DNA of 64,000 bases from the IMG/VR virus record IMGVR_UViG_3300029915_000731, positions 1 through 64,000 of that record. The stretch is one strand, 5' to 3'. Below the pieces are notes generated by a model. That model made no database searches and had not been told where the DNA came from. It saw nothing but the letters and a program-made list of their open reading frames with translations. Origin of the DNA: a virus. Below are positions 44,705 to 55,931 of the stretch, piece by piece (the stretch's first letter is position 1; every line of letters starts with the position of its first letter). Made by a program: the position numbers and the translations under genes.

Positions 44705-47700
44705 ATGCCCAACGACCCAATCAACCCGGACGTTGCAAAGAAGCTATTGGAAGCCATGACCGCGTTGCTTAATGTAACCACCCTCCTTGGTGAAGGGTTG
44801 GGGGTGGTTGATGGACACATTAAAAAGGCCACTGATGAGGTGGATGATTTGGGGCGTTCTTTCAAAAATGTGATTAGTCTTGCTGACTCAGCCAAGGAAC
44901 AGATGAAGGATATGCTGGGCTTTCTAAGGAAGACCGTAGATGCCAACCGAATGGGGATACGGACACTTGCTGATGCTAAGAAACACTATGAGGATATTGC
45001 GGCCTTCGCTAGGAAAGCATTAACCACCGCTAAAGAAAACTCTACTGAAGCCCTTGTTTTTAGACGGACATTGGAGGAGTGCGAACACACCCTGGAGGGG
45101 ATTTCTAAGATTGCCAGTCAGGTAGGTAAGGGGTTGAGCACTTCCCTGAAAGAGTGTAGTAGCGAATTCGATCCACTAGAGAAGGGTATGAAGCGTACTC
45201 TTGCGTTAATCGAGCAGATTTCCGATTCTGTGAAGGGGATTAAGTTCGATAAGTTCACTCGTGGATTTCAATCAATTAACAATATGTTTGGACGGAGCGG
45301 CGGGCGAGTTGAAAAGTACACCCGTATGGCACGCAATGCAGATGATATTAAAGAGACAGCCACTGCAAGAGGGAAGACTAAATCGGCTGAGTTTGAATTG
45401 AAGAAAGCCAGGTTTGACAAGATACTGAATCACCACAGCGTGAGGAAGAAGTTAGAAGAAGAAAGCCCTGAGATTTTTAAAAATGGGGAGATTCTCCAAC
45501 CCGATAAGATATTTGAAAATGACCGCGTACGTAAAGCCGCCATGAAAATACTTAACCCAAAGGCAGGTTTTTTTGACAGGAGAGCTACCGAGGGTCTTCT
45601 TCGTAAGGGGGGAATGAGTGCGTTAGACCCTGGTGGGCGTTTAGCTTTAGGTGGTGGCTCCGCTACCGAGGCAATGTTTGGCGAGGGTGAAGCTGCTCTG
45701 GCGGGGGGTCTCTCCACGTTAATGGGGAGAGCCGCACTTCCACTCGCTATTGGGGGTGCTGCCTTCTCAGGTGTTAAAAAAGTTGTAGATGCCTCAGCTC
45801 AGCAGAGTAAGGGGATAGAAAAGGACCTTGGAAAGGGGGGGATTTTTACCGGAAGTGACTCTGGTGGGGACAGCATGCAGAATGTGAAGAACAACCTACG
45901 TGCGTGGGGATTTAACGGTGGCAGGGTTACCACCGAGCGGCAGCAAGCCGTAGCGGCAGCTATGGTCAATAACGGAATGGCGGTCACTAACTTAGGTCAC
46001 GCGGGTAACACTATGGCCGATGGACACGCCGGGGCGATATCCGACATCGGCGACATCGCCATGAACCACGCCCGTGAGTTTGGACTAACTGATACCGAAG
46101 GTACCGAAGCAATTATCAAGCTTCTCCACGGTTACCAAATGACCATGCAAGGAACCCAGCGGTTCTTCCAGCAAATGGGTAAGTCAATTGCCTCATCTGG
46201 TATCAGTACGATGAAATACCTACAAATTATTGATGATGTAACCAGTCAGTTCGACCGAATGGGTAAGTCGATTGGTAATACCACCTCAATTCTCCGTGTA
46301 CTTGGTCAGTCAGGTACCTCTACTTTTGATGATTTGAAGGATGAGTTGAGTGCTTTGATTGGTACAGAGAAGTCCCACGAGCAGAAGGCGTTCCTCACCC
46401 AAAGTATGACCCCATGGGAGAGGGAGGGACTTGGAAAGGAGTTGGATGCCACTGCGGACAACGCGGCTGAGAATTTTCGTGAAGCTCTCAAAAACGCCGC
46501 AGGTTCTATCCTCAAAGACAAAGAAGGGGATAGTGACGAGAAGAAAGCGGACAATTTGGCAAAACGGAACGCCCTTGAGAATGCCCCCCTATCCACCGCA
46601 GAGGAAATCAACAAAGCGATGATTATGTACTCCAATGCGGGGGGAAATAAAGAGGGGGATGCCAACACCAACCAGTTATCTAGTTTGCAGAAGATTGCTA
46701 TCGCTTCGCGGGTAAATGCTAATGGTATAAAGGGAGACGCTGTCAACGCATCCTTCCTGAACGACTTCATGCCCACAACGAATGAGAGCAAGATGGCAAT
46801 GCAGCTACAGGCGTACAGAGTATCCGCGAAAGCGGCGGGGTTGAATCTCGGGGATGTTGCGAATAATGAGAATTTACTTACCCACGGGCACGCCGCCGCT
46901 GTTATGAGTTCAACCGCCTCGGCTTTAGGTGTGACTGATGCTGAGAAGAAGAATATCCTCCCGATGATGCAGGGTATTCAGAAGATCGCCAACTCCACCT
47001 TTGATGAAGTCTCCCAACACGGGGAGGAAGCTACAGGGAAGGACAAGGAAGAGTTTGAACGCCTCGCAGAGGCGATGTTGAAGAATGCCGAAGGTGGTCC
47101 AATAGCGAAGGATAAGGATAAAACTGCGATACAAACCCTAAAAAACAACCCTGGTTACTGGATGGCTGTCAAACAAGGGTATAACAGGTATATTGCAAAC
47201 ACCCCCGCCGAACTTCAGAAGGTGGTGGGGGAGAACTCAGTCGTTAGTCGGTCTCAGAAGGCACATAATGAAGAGACAGCAGGAGAGCAATACGCCAAAG
47301 TCGTGGGGATCGCCAACTCTGTCGAAAGTTCGGAAGACCTCTTGAAGGGGATTAAGGAAGCATTAACTGGATCAATAAGTAATGTGCTTACCGATACATA
47401 TGAGGTCTTACGTAAGCAATTCGGCGATGCTGAACCAGAGTTAGACAAGCGACTGAAAAACCAAGACTACCGGAAAGATGAGGATTTCCTGAGCGCCATG
47501 GCGGGTAGTAAATTGAAAGACATTATGGTGGAGATGAGTCCGGCCATAGAGGGTCATGCAGGAGACGAGGGCGGCAATGGAGCAATCGAAAAACGCGCTG
47601 CGGTTAACGAGAGCGTCGGGGACATCGTCAAAGAACTCATGAATTTGAAAGAAAAATACAAGAGCGGACATGCTAGCGATGCGGAGACAGCTAGGCTCAA

Positions 47701-48061
47701 GGAGTTAACCTCCCCTGAGTTCATCAACCGTATTGTGGGTTCCTTCAAAGGACTAGGGAAGGCAGGTGACGAAATCGCCGAGGCTTTGCGTAAGCAATTT
47801 GTGGACGCGGGGGGAGTAATTAAAAAGGATGCACTTCCAGATGTGCAGGACCCTGTAGCTAATGAAAGCCAAGGCACTAAGGCGGTTAATGCGGCGGCGC
47901 TTGCGATCAAACGGCGGAAACTATTGGGGGAGGTCGCTGCGGTGGGAGATACTATTACTAATAATACTACTACTTATCAGGGTCCACAGCCGCTTCGCGC
48001 ATCTCACCCCCAAACACTCAAAGACCCAAGCGAGACGGTTGTTCAATGGTGGCCGAATTGA
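44705..48061 (+). CDS. Tape measure protein
   Basis: 1118 aa, helical Ala/Gly/Lys-rich, upstream of baseplate genes. Confidence 0.7.
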   Translation: MPNDPINPDVAKKLLEAMTALLNVTTLLGEGLGVVDGHIKKATDEVDDLGRSFKNVISLADSAKEQMKDMLGFLRKTVDANRMGIRTLADAKKHYEDIAAFARKALTTAKENSTEALVFRRTLEECEHTLEGISKIASQVGKGLSTSLKECSSEFDPLEKGMKRTLALIEQISDSVKGIKFDKFTRGFQSINNMFGRSGGRVEKYTRMARNADDIKETATARGKTKSAEFELKKARFDKILNHHSVRKKLEEESPEIFKNGEILQPDKIFENDRVRKAAMKILNPKAGFFDRRATEGLLRKGGMSALDPGGRLALGGGSATEAMFGEGEAALAGGLSTLMGRAALPLAIGGAAFSGVKKVVDASAQQSKGIEKDLGKGGIFTGSDSGGDSMQNVKNNLRAWGFNGGRVTTERQQAVAAAMVNNGMAVTNLGHAGNTMADGHAGAISDIGDIAMNHAREFGLTDTEGTEAIIKLLHGYQMTMQGTQRFFQQMGKSIASSGISTMKYLQIIDDVTSQFDRMGKSIGNTTSILRVLGQSGTSTFDDLKDELSALIGTEKSHEQKAFLTQSMTPWEREGLGKELDATADNAAENFREALKNAAGSILKDKEGDSDEKKADNLAKRNALENAPLSTAEEINKAMIMYSNAGGNKEGDANTNQLSSLQKIAIASRVNANGIKGDAVNASFLNDFMPTTNESKMAMQLQAYRVSAKAAGLNLGDVANNENLLTHGHAAAVMSSTASALGVTDAEKKNILPMMQGIQKIANSTFDEVSQHGEEATGKDKEEFERLAEAMLKNAEGGPIAKDKDKTAIQTLKNNPGYWMAVKQGYNRYIANTPAELQKVVGENSVVSRSQKAHNEETAGEQYAKVVGIANSVESSEDLLKGIKEALTGSISNVLTDTYEVLRKQFGDAEPELDKRLKNQDYRKDEDFLSAMAGSKLKDIMVEMSPAIEGHAGDEGGNGAIEKRAAVNESVGDIVKELMNLKEKYKSGHASDAETARLKELTSPEFINRIVGSFKGLGKAGDEIAEALRKQFVDAGGVIKKDALPDVQDPVANESQGTKAVNAAALAIKRRKLLGEVAAVGDTITNNTTTYQGPQPLRASHPQTLKDPSETVVQWWPN

Positions 48062-48156
48062 AAGCTTCACTGGCCAACAAGAAGGCTGCAAAGGCTGGTA
48101 AGTAACGACATCGTGGGTTTGGCTCCGGCGGTTCCGCCGTGGGCATCGGAGGGTAA

Positions 48157-49557
48157 ATGGCTAAATCGACTTACACAGGAACGCAGTATAACTACCAGCA
48201 GCTTCAGAAGCTCTGGACAGATAACGGGGGAGATGAGAGTGTAGCCCCACTGATGGCTTCAATTGCATTGGCAGAGTCTAGCAATGGAAGCCCAAATGGT
48301 AGTTATTCAGGTGCCTTCAACCCCAATGATGCACATGGGGGCTCTACCGGGATATGGCAAATCAATAGCTACGGGAGCACAGACCCAAATGTCAACGCCA
48401 CGCAGGCCGTTGCCAAATACAATACGCAAGGATTGAATGCTTGGGGGTCATACACCAACGGCTCCTATATGAAGTTTGACCCCAATGGAGTGGGGCAGTC
48501 AGAGGCTGCGACGGCCTCAAATAACAATGCCAGCGGCACCGCAATAAACCCCGGCTCGGATTTTAAAACAGCGGATGGGTACCAAACACTTACTGAAAAT
48601 GGTGCCAGTGCAACAGTGGTGGAACCCACTGTGGTTGTAAACACAGGTTTGGATGTCACTCCTTGGTATAATGACACCGCTTTGATAACCGGGAACCCTC
48701 GCCTTAGAAAAGAAGTGGTTCCTGTGGTATTCGAGATTGTGCTGCATGACAACCACACCGGGAGTGACTTCACGTTATCAAGTCAGGGGAAGACGGGGAA
48801 TGCTATCGACATTCAGTTGAACGCCTCGATGACTAGTTTCAGCATCAACTCGAAGCACATATTCCACAATCAGCGAACGCGAACAGGGTTTCATATCACT
48901 CTGTGGGGTATGCAAGCTGACATGATTGAGGGCAAGTGCTCGACAGGAGTGTTCATGAATCAACTCGGGTTGACTGATTTTTTTAGCACCTCAACCATGA
49001 GTGACCAAATGAAGAAGTTGGTGACCAGTGGGTTCTCCCTAAGAGAGAACCCCAGCACGTATAACAAAACTACCAAGCAGACGGCACTTCTTAAGGCTGG
49101 GGGAGACCTCGGGGGCACATTTGTGGGCGGTGCTGTTAATAAGGGGGACTATGACACCATCGTCAACAAGCAGACTAAACAACCACAGGAGGCCTTCCGC
49201 GTGGCTGCACAGGATGCATTCCAAGAGTTCCTATCTCTATTCAAGAATAATGGAATTGTGTGGAATACAGGGGGGAAGGTACCAACGGGGGGAAATGGTA
49301 GTACAACAAATCCCGGGAGTGTCGTTCAGTCATGGTCGGCTAGCAACGGGGTATCCTCCGCTCAATTACTGGCAAGAAACAACGACGTTCTTAGCCGTGG
49401 TCATGTACTCATGAAATTTAAAAACACAGCGTACTCAGGGTACTTCAAAACTTTGAGTTGGCAAATAGACGCCAGCAAACCGTATTCTTTTGATTTTTCA
49501 TTTACTTTTCAGGTAGAGAGTACAATGAGCATTCTCTATACCCCAAAGAATGGGTAA
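48157..49557 (+). CDS. Baseplate/tail protein with N-terminal lytic transglycosylase-like domain
   Basis: IALAES...GIWQIN...QGLNAW. Confidence 0.7.
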   Translation: MAKSTYTGTQYNYQQLQKLWTDNGGDESVAPLMASIALAESSNGSPNGSYSGAFNPNDAHGGSTGIWQINSYGSTDPNVNATQAVAKYNTQGLNAWGSYTNGSYMKFDPNGVGQSEAATASNNNASGTAINPGSDFKTADGYQTLTENGASATVVEPTVVVNTGLDVTPWYNDTALITGNPRLRKEVVPVVFEIVLHDNHTGSDFTLSSQGKTGNAIDIQLNASMTSFSINSKHIFHNQRTRTGFHITLWGMQADMIEGKCSTGVFMNQLGLTDFFSTSTMSDQMKKLVTSGFSLRENPSTYNKTTKQTALLKAGGDLGGTFVGGAVNKGDYDTIVNKQTKQPQEAFRVAAQDAFQEFLSLFKNNGIVWNTGGKVPTGGNGSTTNPGSVVQSWSASNGVSSAQLLARNNDVLSRGHVLMKFKNTAYSGYFKTLSWQIDASKPYSFDFSFTFQVESTMSILYTPKNG

Positions 49558-49560
49558 ATT

Positions 49561-50529
49561 ATGGCCATTAACCCCGCTCCCCCTAACGACGTGATACAAC
49601 TCCCATTACGGGGAGAGAAACGGTTCGCCCCGTTTAGCGTCGATGTCAATTCCCTAAATAAAACGATAGGCACCCCTGACAATTCTGTAGAGTCGGGTGA
49701 CTTTCTTGTTACCGCCGCGAAGAAGTCTTTTTTCTCTGACTACATCAAAGTTAGGATTCCCCATCGTGGTGTGGATTCTAACGGCAAGAGTAGCACCTCG
49801 CTTGACGCAATCTACCATTTCCTTATCAACCCTGCCACCCTTAATGTAACCCGGCAGACTGTGGATGCACAGGCATTCACTCGCGGCGGCTGGCAGTTTG
49901 GTGTTTGGGGTGAGGATGTAGTTACCATTTCGATGACCGGGCAGTCGGCGGGGCAATATTTTACTCTCGGTCTCACTGATGAGTTCCAACCGTACGCTAA
50001 GTCGTACAGAAATCTTCAGCAATTGGTTATTTTCTATGAAAATAATGGGTATTGGTTTGAAGGGGAGGAAGCAAACGAAGGACCGCTAGCTCCCGGATTC
50101 ACTCGTCGTCGGATTAAATCACACCAAGATGTGGAACTAACAGTGGGGAACTCAGTGTGGTCAGGGATGTTTGATACCCTTACGGTGTCGCAGGATGCCA
50201 CACGACCATTTGTGGTGAACTTTACTATCAGTTTTGTTGCGTGGAAGGAGCGCTTCCTCACCAGCTCTCCTTACAAAAACACGATAATGAATGGTGTCCA
50301 GAGGGGGCATTTTTACCAAGTACCCCCGACGACTCCCCCAGTTCCACCTAGTATCCCACCCACTCCGGTAGCTACTTCTCAACCCCCCTCGAATGTGAAT
50401 TCAAGTAGCACCGCAGTTCAAGTAGCTGCGGCAGGTAATTCAAACACACTGGGTAATTATGGTGCGGGGACGCTGGGAGACTATGAAACCAACCCTTTGA
50501 TTACCCCATTCGATTCTGGAGGTAGTTAA
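49561..50529 (+). CDS. Tail tube initiator-like baseplate protein
   Basis: FLINP...TRGGW...WGE...ISMTG; paralogous to C-part of previous gene. Confidence 0.6.
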   Translation: MAINPAPPNDVIQLPLRGEKRFAPFSVDVNSLNKTIGTPDNSVESGDFLVTAAKKSFFSDYIKVRIPHRGVDSNGKSSTSLDAIYHFLINPATLNVTRQTVDAQAFTRGGWQFGVWGEDVVTISMTGQSAGQYFTLGLTDEFQPYAKSYRNLQQLVIFYENNGYWFEGEEANEGPLAPGFTRRRIKSHQDVELTVGNSVWSGMFDTLTVSQDATRPFVVNFTISFVAWKERFLTSSPYKNTIMNGVQRGHFYQVPPTTPPVPPSIPPTPVATSQPPSNVNSSSTAVQVAAAGNSNTLGNYGAGTLGDYETNPLITPFDSGGS

Positions 50530-53528
50530 TGTTAACTTCAGTGACTCGCAACATTAGTCAGACGGTACAGGAGCGGGAGATAGTTAAAACCTGCCCGGAT
50601 ATCATCGTGTACATCAAGGGCACTCCATACCTTCAAAACCCGTATATTTACAATGCCAACCAACCCAAGAATAAACAATTCACGGTTGTTCCTTTTAACG
50701 ACCATGTGGTGGCATTCTCAGCCTCTTTTGATGTTGACCAGCTTACGCCCTCGGCCATGCTAACCTTGACCGTCCCTAACCACTCAAAGCATCTATATCA
50801 ATCACCGGGCGGCAACAACCTTATTGAGACGATGCAGCCAATTCAGGTTTTTGCAAAGGGGTACTTTCCCTCGTCCAACGGAAATACCGTGTATCGCAGA
50901 ATCTTCAAAGGGCTGATTTCTAGTGTATCCCACACGGATAATGGGACTATTTTGGACATCTCAATTCAGTGTCTTGGGATTATGCACCTACTTGAGTTGA
51001 CCCAAATAGAACTCAATGCTGCGTTACTCTCTAACTCTGCAAAGGAAGTAACCCCCAACTCCACAAACCAAGCCGGGTTGACCCCATACCTCGCGTTAGC
51101 TGACACGTTTCTACGTGCAGTCGGTTTTGATGGTTTTCAAATTGCTAGTTTAAGCGGTGCGACAAGCAACGGTAACGGCAGTGTCAATCCAAACAGTCAG
51201 AATCCAAATTTGGGCTCTACGTCCGGGGATGGGAACAAGAGCGACTGGGTTGACTCAGTTAAGGCTAACTACATTTCGGCGTGGCAGAAGATGTTGTCTG
51301 ACCTCCAAAAGGATGTCTATATTTTAGGCATCCGCCCCTTTGATGTTGCCACAATGGGCACCAACGGTCTTGCAGCCCCAGTCGAACAAGGAAAAATGGG
51401 GCCTGACAGTGCGGCTTCGAGGGGGGTGGTCACAGCTAAAATCTCGGCAATTGACCAAGCCAATCAAGGGGATTACTACGTCGATGTTATCCGCAGTTAC
51501 CTCCCCGAGATGTCAATAGGTTCCATTAAGTTGATGGATGGTAGCACCACCTCACGACTGGAGAGAATTCGAACTCTCACTAATCTCCTCAACTACGAGG
51601 GGTATCAGGACGTGGATGGAGCCATTGTGTTTAAGCCACCATTTTACAACCTTGATGTTACTGAGGTTGGAAACATCAATTTGGATGGAACCAACTTTCC
51701 CTCCCCTGGCTCTGTCACAATCACGAATGACACCAATCCGTTTGTGATAAATCTGAGCGAGATCGAAACTGAGTCGGAGACTGAAGACCAGTCAGCGATT
51801 AAAGAGACCAGCGTGGTGGTTCAACCCGACTGGCTGCCTAATTTTCATTTCGACGGAGATAAGAAGAAGCTCCCATGGTCGCGTCACATCGACGTTTTCA
51901 AATTGGCTAAGTTTGGGCTCAGAGAACAACCCGCCCGTCAGTTGCCATTCCTTGGAGTAAACGACAAGATGGTGTTGTATACCTATGCGGTAAGTGAGCT
52001 GAATAGAGCCAACCGTGGGTACCGTCAATACACCATGACTATACCGCTTCGTCCTGAATTGAAACTCGGATTTCCGATGTACATCCCGCATAAGGATATG
52101 TATGGGTATATCAAAACCATCAGCTTCAGCTACAATTTTGGAGCGGCGGCAACGACAACAGTGATGTTGGATACCATCCGTAAACGTCCGATGTTTCCGG
52201 CTACCGATGCCAGCGGAAATACCATCTACACCACACAGAAGAATTTGGTAATGAAGTGGACAACCCCACCCCCACCCGCTGCCACTTCCTTGAGCACGGC
52301 TCTTAGTTTGGCAGGAGTGAGTCAATACTCGTACAGTTCATTAGGCACTAACCCATCTTCTTCGGGGTGTACTACATCAGACGACCCACAGGCAAATTGG
52401 TTAGGGAATCCGGCGACCTCTCGGCAACCCTCATCTAAGCCTGTCTACTCTGAAGAGTGGGAGGTAATCGACAACCGCCGCACGCAGATGGGCACTACTT
52501 GGTCAACTCGCATTGATACACGTACTAATAGTTTCAGGCCTCAGAATGATAAGGCGACGGCTGAGGACGCCACATTTACAGGCACCGGACCAACAGGGGC
52601 AAAAGTGACCATCTCGACACAAATTGAAGTTGGGAAACCCTTCTTCTCCGCAGATAATTGGGCAAAAGCAAAAGATACAACGACCACGGTCGGCGGAGGC
52701 AGCGACCCAACCACCAACTCAGCCACTGTAGCTCAACTTACTACCAATTTGGCCGCAGCTCAGAAAAGGTCTGATGATGCTATAGCTGCTTTGGCGGTTA
52801 ACTCCATGCAGTCTTCACATGCGGTTGGAACGACAAACAGCAGCGCCCAGAAAGCGGCTCAAACAGAGGTAGCAGCAGCAGCGGCAGACCTAGCTACAGT
52901 TCAAGCGGCTCTTGCCAAGGCACAGGCTACGCCTTCTGATACGACTCAAGGAGTTAAAGCGGGAACCAAGACAGCCACTGGGGTCAACGTCGTATACATG
53001 CAGAAAATTTTGAACTGCCAGCCGCTTACCGATGAGAAGGGGTACGAGGTTGTAACCCCATTCCCTTGGGGTCGTTGGAAGTCCCTGACTCAGGCTATCC
53101 ATGAGACTCGACTTGGTCAGATTGCATATAGTACGGATGCTAATGGGGTTTCAACCGACGTTTCAAACCCACAAGGTGCGACAACTATATCCGGGGTGAA
53201 CACTTTCATTTTTGCTGGGGCGGATATGACCGGACTCTCCAGTATGGACCCATCCACTTTGATGAGTCAGGCTCTCAATAACACTGGAACCACAGCACAG
53301 GATGCTATTTTTGAATTGGTAACCCCCACCCTTGGAGGGACTGACTCCTCATTGAGTACATCAGCGCAACCCGACTTACAGGCTCTGCAAACCTCGCTCA
53401 CTGATGACGAGGCAAATAGAACTAAGATGTTTATTAGTGGTCAAGCCCCAGTGTCAGATACCCTTGACGCTAGCTTGAACACGATCACCGACGCTCAAAC
53501 CGGGAAGTCCTCGGTGTATGGTCACTAA
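50529..53528 (+). CDS. Baseplate hub protein
   Basis: IFKGLI, DVDGAIVFKPPFYN, FGLR, LRPELKLGFP, GYIKTISFSY. Confidence 0.7.
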   Translation: MLTSVTRNISQTVQEREIVKTCPDIIVYIKGTPYLQNPYIYNANQPKNKQFTVVPFNDHVVAFSASFDVDQLTPSAMLTLTVPNHSKHLYQSPGGNNLIETMQPIQVFAKGYFPSSNGNTVYRRIFKGLISSVSHTDNGTILDISIQCLGIMHLLELTQIELNAALLSNSAKEVTPNSTNQAGLTPYLALADTFLRAVGFDGFQIASLSGATSNGNGSVNPNSQNPNLGSTSGDGNKSDWVDSVKANYISAWQKMLSDLQKDVYILGIRPFDVATMGTNGLAAPVEQGKMGPDSAASRGVVTAKISAIDQANQGDYYVDVIRSYLPEMSIGSIKLMDGSTTSRLERIRTLTNLLNYEGYQDVDGAIVFKPPFYNLDVTEVGNINLDGTNFPSPGSVTITNDTNPFVINLSEIETESETEDQSAIKETSVVVQPDWLPNFHFDGDKKKLPWSRHIDVFKLAKFGLREQPARQLPFLGVNDKMVLYTYAVSELNRANRGYRQYTMTIPLRPELKLGFPMYIPHKDMYGYIKTISFSYNFGAAATTTVMLDTIRKRPMFPATDASGNTIYTTQKNLVMKWTTPPPPAATSLSTALSLAGVSQYSYSSLGTNPSSSGCTTSDDPQANWLGNPATSRQPSSKPVYSEEWEVIDNRRTQMGTTWSTRIDTRTNSFRPQNDKATAEDATFTGTGPTGAKVTISTQIEVGKPFFSADNWAKAKDTTTTVGGGSDPTTNSATVAQLTTNLAAAQKRSDDAIAALAVNSMQSSHAVGTTNSSAQKAAQTEVAAAAADLATVQAALAKAQATPSDTTQGVKAGTKTATGVNVVYMQKILNCQPLTDEKGYEVVTPFPWGRWKSLTQAIHETRLGQIAYSTDANGVSTDVSNPQGATTISGVNTFIFAGADMTGLSSMDPSTLMSQALNNTGTTAQDAIFELVTPTLGGTDSSLSTSAQPDLQALQTSLTDDEANRTKMFISGQAPVSDTLDASLNTITDAQTGKSSVYGH

Positions 53529-53597
53529 GGAAAACACCCAACCACCATCAGCAAAGTTTGTTAGATAGGTTATTTTGAAAAGGCAGTAATTAAAAGT

Positions 53598-55931
53598 ATG
53601 AGTTCTCATGATGACTACACCGTCTATAAGATGCCGATGTCGGCACCGACCCGGAATGATGCTATGTACCGGGTATTCCTCGCCACGGTTCTCACCGTGG
53701 ATTACGAGCGAAAGGTGCTTACCCTTGAGAATACCAGCACAGGGGTAGTTTACACTGAAGTTGCAGCCCTTCCGGCAAACGCTGATTCTTTCGAGTCCAC
53801 CGATATTCAAATGCCGGAACAAGGCACAAACTGTCTAGCTGTCCCCCTTTTTTATCAGGGTGGTTATGTGCAGGTGGCCATCATCAATTACATGGCCTCG
53901 CAGACTACGAGAGCCATCGACAACATCGCCATGAAGTCGCTGCAAAATGTGGAAGGTTACAACGAGCGTAAGCGTGGTAACTACCGCAAGGCGTACCCCG
54001 GCCAGAAGACTGTTACCATGTCGCAGGGGTACACAGAGAAAATCGACATTGGTTGGGATAGGTCTTCTCAAGATTTATCCCGTGATAAATTGGACACCCA
54101 CCGTCGTACTTGGACGCAGATTACCGGGCGTCGGGTTTCCTATACTGATGCAGGGTTGGTATTTCAGGGAGCGGTTAATCGCCCCGATGCTACGGGCGTC
54201 ACCGGGGTCATACTCCCAGACGGCTCTAAGGAATTCGTAGTATACCTCACGCCGGGGGCTCAACCCACAGACCGTTACGTCTCAGGCAAGCAGGATGTTA
54301 TCCCCTTCGTTGAGAACACAACTCGCGTGCAGGAGTTCGCCCTAGACTACCCACTTCCGAACGAGATTCTCCAGACCGATTTACTGGACACCGTGCTGGG
54401 CACGACAGCCAACCCGTGGAACCGCACCGTAGTGAAGACTCTAGGTGGGGTTTCCTACGACGACAACGCCTATCTCATCAACCAGACTTGGGATCATCCA
54501 ACGCAGGGTAAGCCACTCGGGCCGACTATCGCAGAGGGAATCACCCCTAAACGTCGCGGCTTCATGATTGAGAAGTCAGAAGGAACGCTGGTAGGTTACA
54601 ACCGCTTCGACAAGGGAACTTACGGCAAGGTGCTGAAACCCGTCTACACCTCCATGGACGTTGCCGGGAGATTCGGAGCCAACTTCGACACAGGCTACAA
54701 TGGCTGCACGGAGTCCACCGACCATGCGGAAGCCCGACTTGCGGCCTCGGCTTACTCAGTCCGTTTCGCCTACGAGTACAACACCACTCGCTGGGACATC
54801 ACCAAGGAGGGATTGGTTCAGTTTGAAATTGGTGCAACCCTCCCCAAGGAAAACATCAAACTTCAGGGTGGATACGAGCACCCACATGGAGCAGGTCGCT
54901 CCATGGAAGGACACCTCGTTGGCTCACTGAAGCTAGTTGTTGGAAAGAATCGGGATGAGGAAGATGCAATTGATTTGCAAGCCCTTGGTCAGACAGTCCT
55001 CCGCCTTGGTGCGGATGATAGGTCGCTACCTGATAGGGGCCGCGTCGTCCATACCCAGAGTCGGGCTCAAGGGGACGCTTCAACTCCCCGTTCGCTCCAG
55101 TATTGGACTTCGCCAAAACTGAAGGCTGCCACGGGCTCCGATAGTTACACGCTCGATGCCGGGAGTAAGACAGTGGGGGAGGGAATCTCCCTTCGTCTTG
55201 CTACGGATGGGGCTTTAGTGGGTCGTCTCGGGGCTCGTGACCCCTTGGTAAAACGCCGCCATTTGATGAACGGTTATTCAGATGGACAGGGAACCCAAAA
55301 GGTGGATGTAAACTCAACTACACGGCAAGACTCACATTCCCCGGGTCGTCCAGCCTACCCAGCCGGGGACACGAACTACGTTTTCAATAAGCGGGACTTT
55401 ACTCAGGTGGGTTCCCCGCAGATTAAGCCGAACCCGATGATTCCCTACCAGCAATGGATGGGCGACCCACTCGCGGGTAAGGGGATGGATGCTCACGGGC
55501 TCTCGCTCGATTTACATCTTGTGAGTGACGCTCTTCTTCGCATCGGACAAAACCCAGCCAGCGGACAATCACTCATTCTCGACCTTGCAGGTGGTGTGGT
55601 TCTTGCGGCGGGAGTAGATAAGCAGGGACGCTCTCTAACGGCGCAACTCGATGGTGGGGTGGAAATGACCATCGGTTCTAACAAATCCAGCCGGGGACTT
55701 CGTATCGAAGTGAATGGGGATGTCGATTTTATGGTCAAAGGCAATCGTCACGACCATGTCACTGGGGTCTACACGCTGGAGTGCTCCGATTTCCGCCAGA
55801 TTTCAAAAGTAAATCATATCGTTACGGCACAGAATGTCAGAACGATGGCTTTGGGGAGCATCTACAATGAGTCGCCTGATAACAGTTCGCACAGTGGTGG
55901 TTATGGTAATGGCGGGGGGAGTGTTCTCTAA
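53598..55931 (+). CDS. Baseplate central spike-like protein
   Basis: N-terminal OB-fold motif MPEQG..CL; C-terminal V.G repeat beta-helix. Confidence 0.65.
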   Translation: MSSHDDYTVYKMPMSAPTRNDAMYRVFLATVLTVDYERKVLTLENTSTGVVYTEVAALPANADSFESTDIQMPEQGTNCLAVPLFYQGGYVQVAIINYMASQTTRAIDNIAMKSLQNVEGYNERKRGNYRKAYPGQKTVTMSQGYTEKIDIGWDRSSQDLSRDKLDTHRRTWTQITGRRVSYTDAGLVFQGAVNRPDATGVTGVILPDGSKEFVVYLTPGAQPTDRYVSGKQDVIPFVENTTRVQEFALDYPLPNEILQTDLLDTVLGTTANPWNRTVVKTLGGVSYDDNAYLINQTWDHPTQGKPLGPTIAEGITPKRRGFMIEKSEGTLVGYNRFDKGTYGKVLKPVYTSMDVAGRFGANFDTGYNGCTESTDHAEARLAASAYSVRFAYEYNTTRWDITKEGLVQFEIGATLPKENIKLQGGYEHPHGAGRSMEGHLVGSLKLVVGKNRDEEDAIDLQALGQTVLRLGADDRSLPDRGRVVHTQSRAQGDASTPRSLQYWTSPKLKAATGSDSYTLDAGSKTVGEGISLRLATDGALVGRLGARDPLVKRRHLMNGYSDGQGTQKVDVNSTTRQDSHSPGRPAYPAGDTNYVFNKRDFTQVGSPQIKPNPMIPYQQWMGDPLAGKGMDAHGLSLDLHLVSDALLRIGQNPASGQSLILDLAGGVVLAAGVDKQGRSLTAQLDGGVEMTIGSNKSSRGLRIEVNGDVDFMVKGNRHDHVTGVYTLECSDFRQISKVNHIVTAQNVRTMALGSIYNESPDNSSHSGGYGNGGGSVL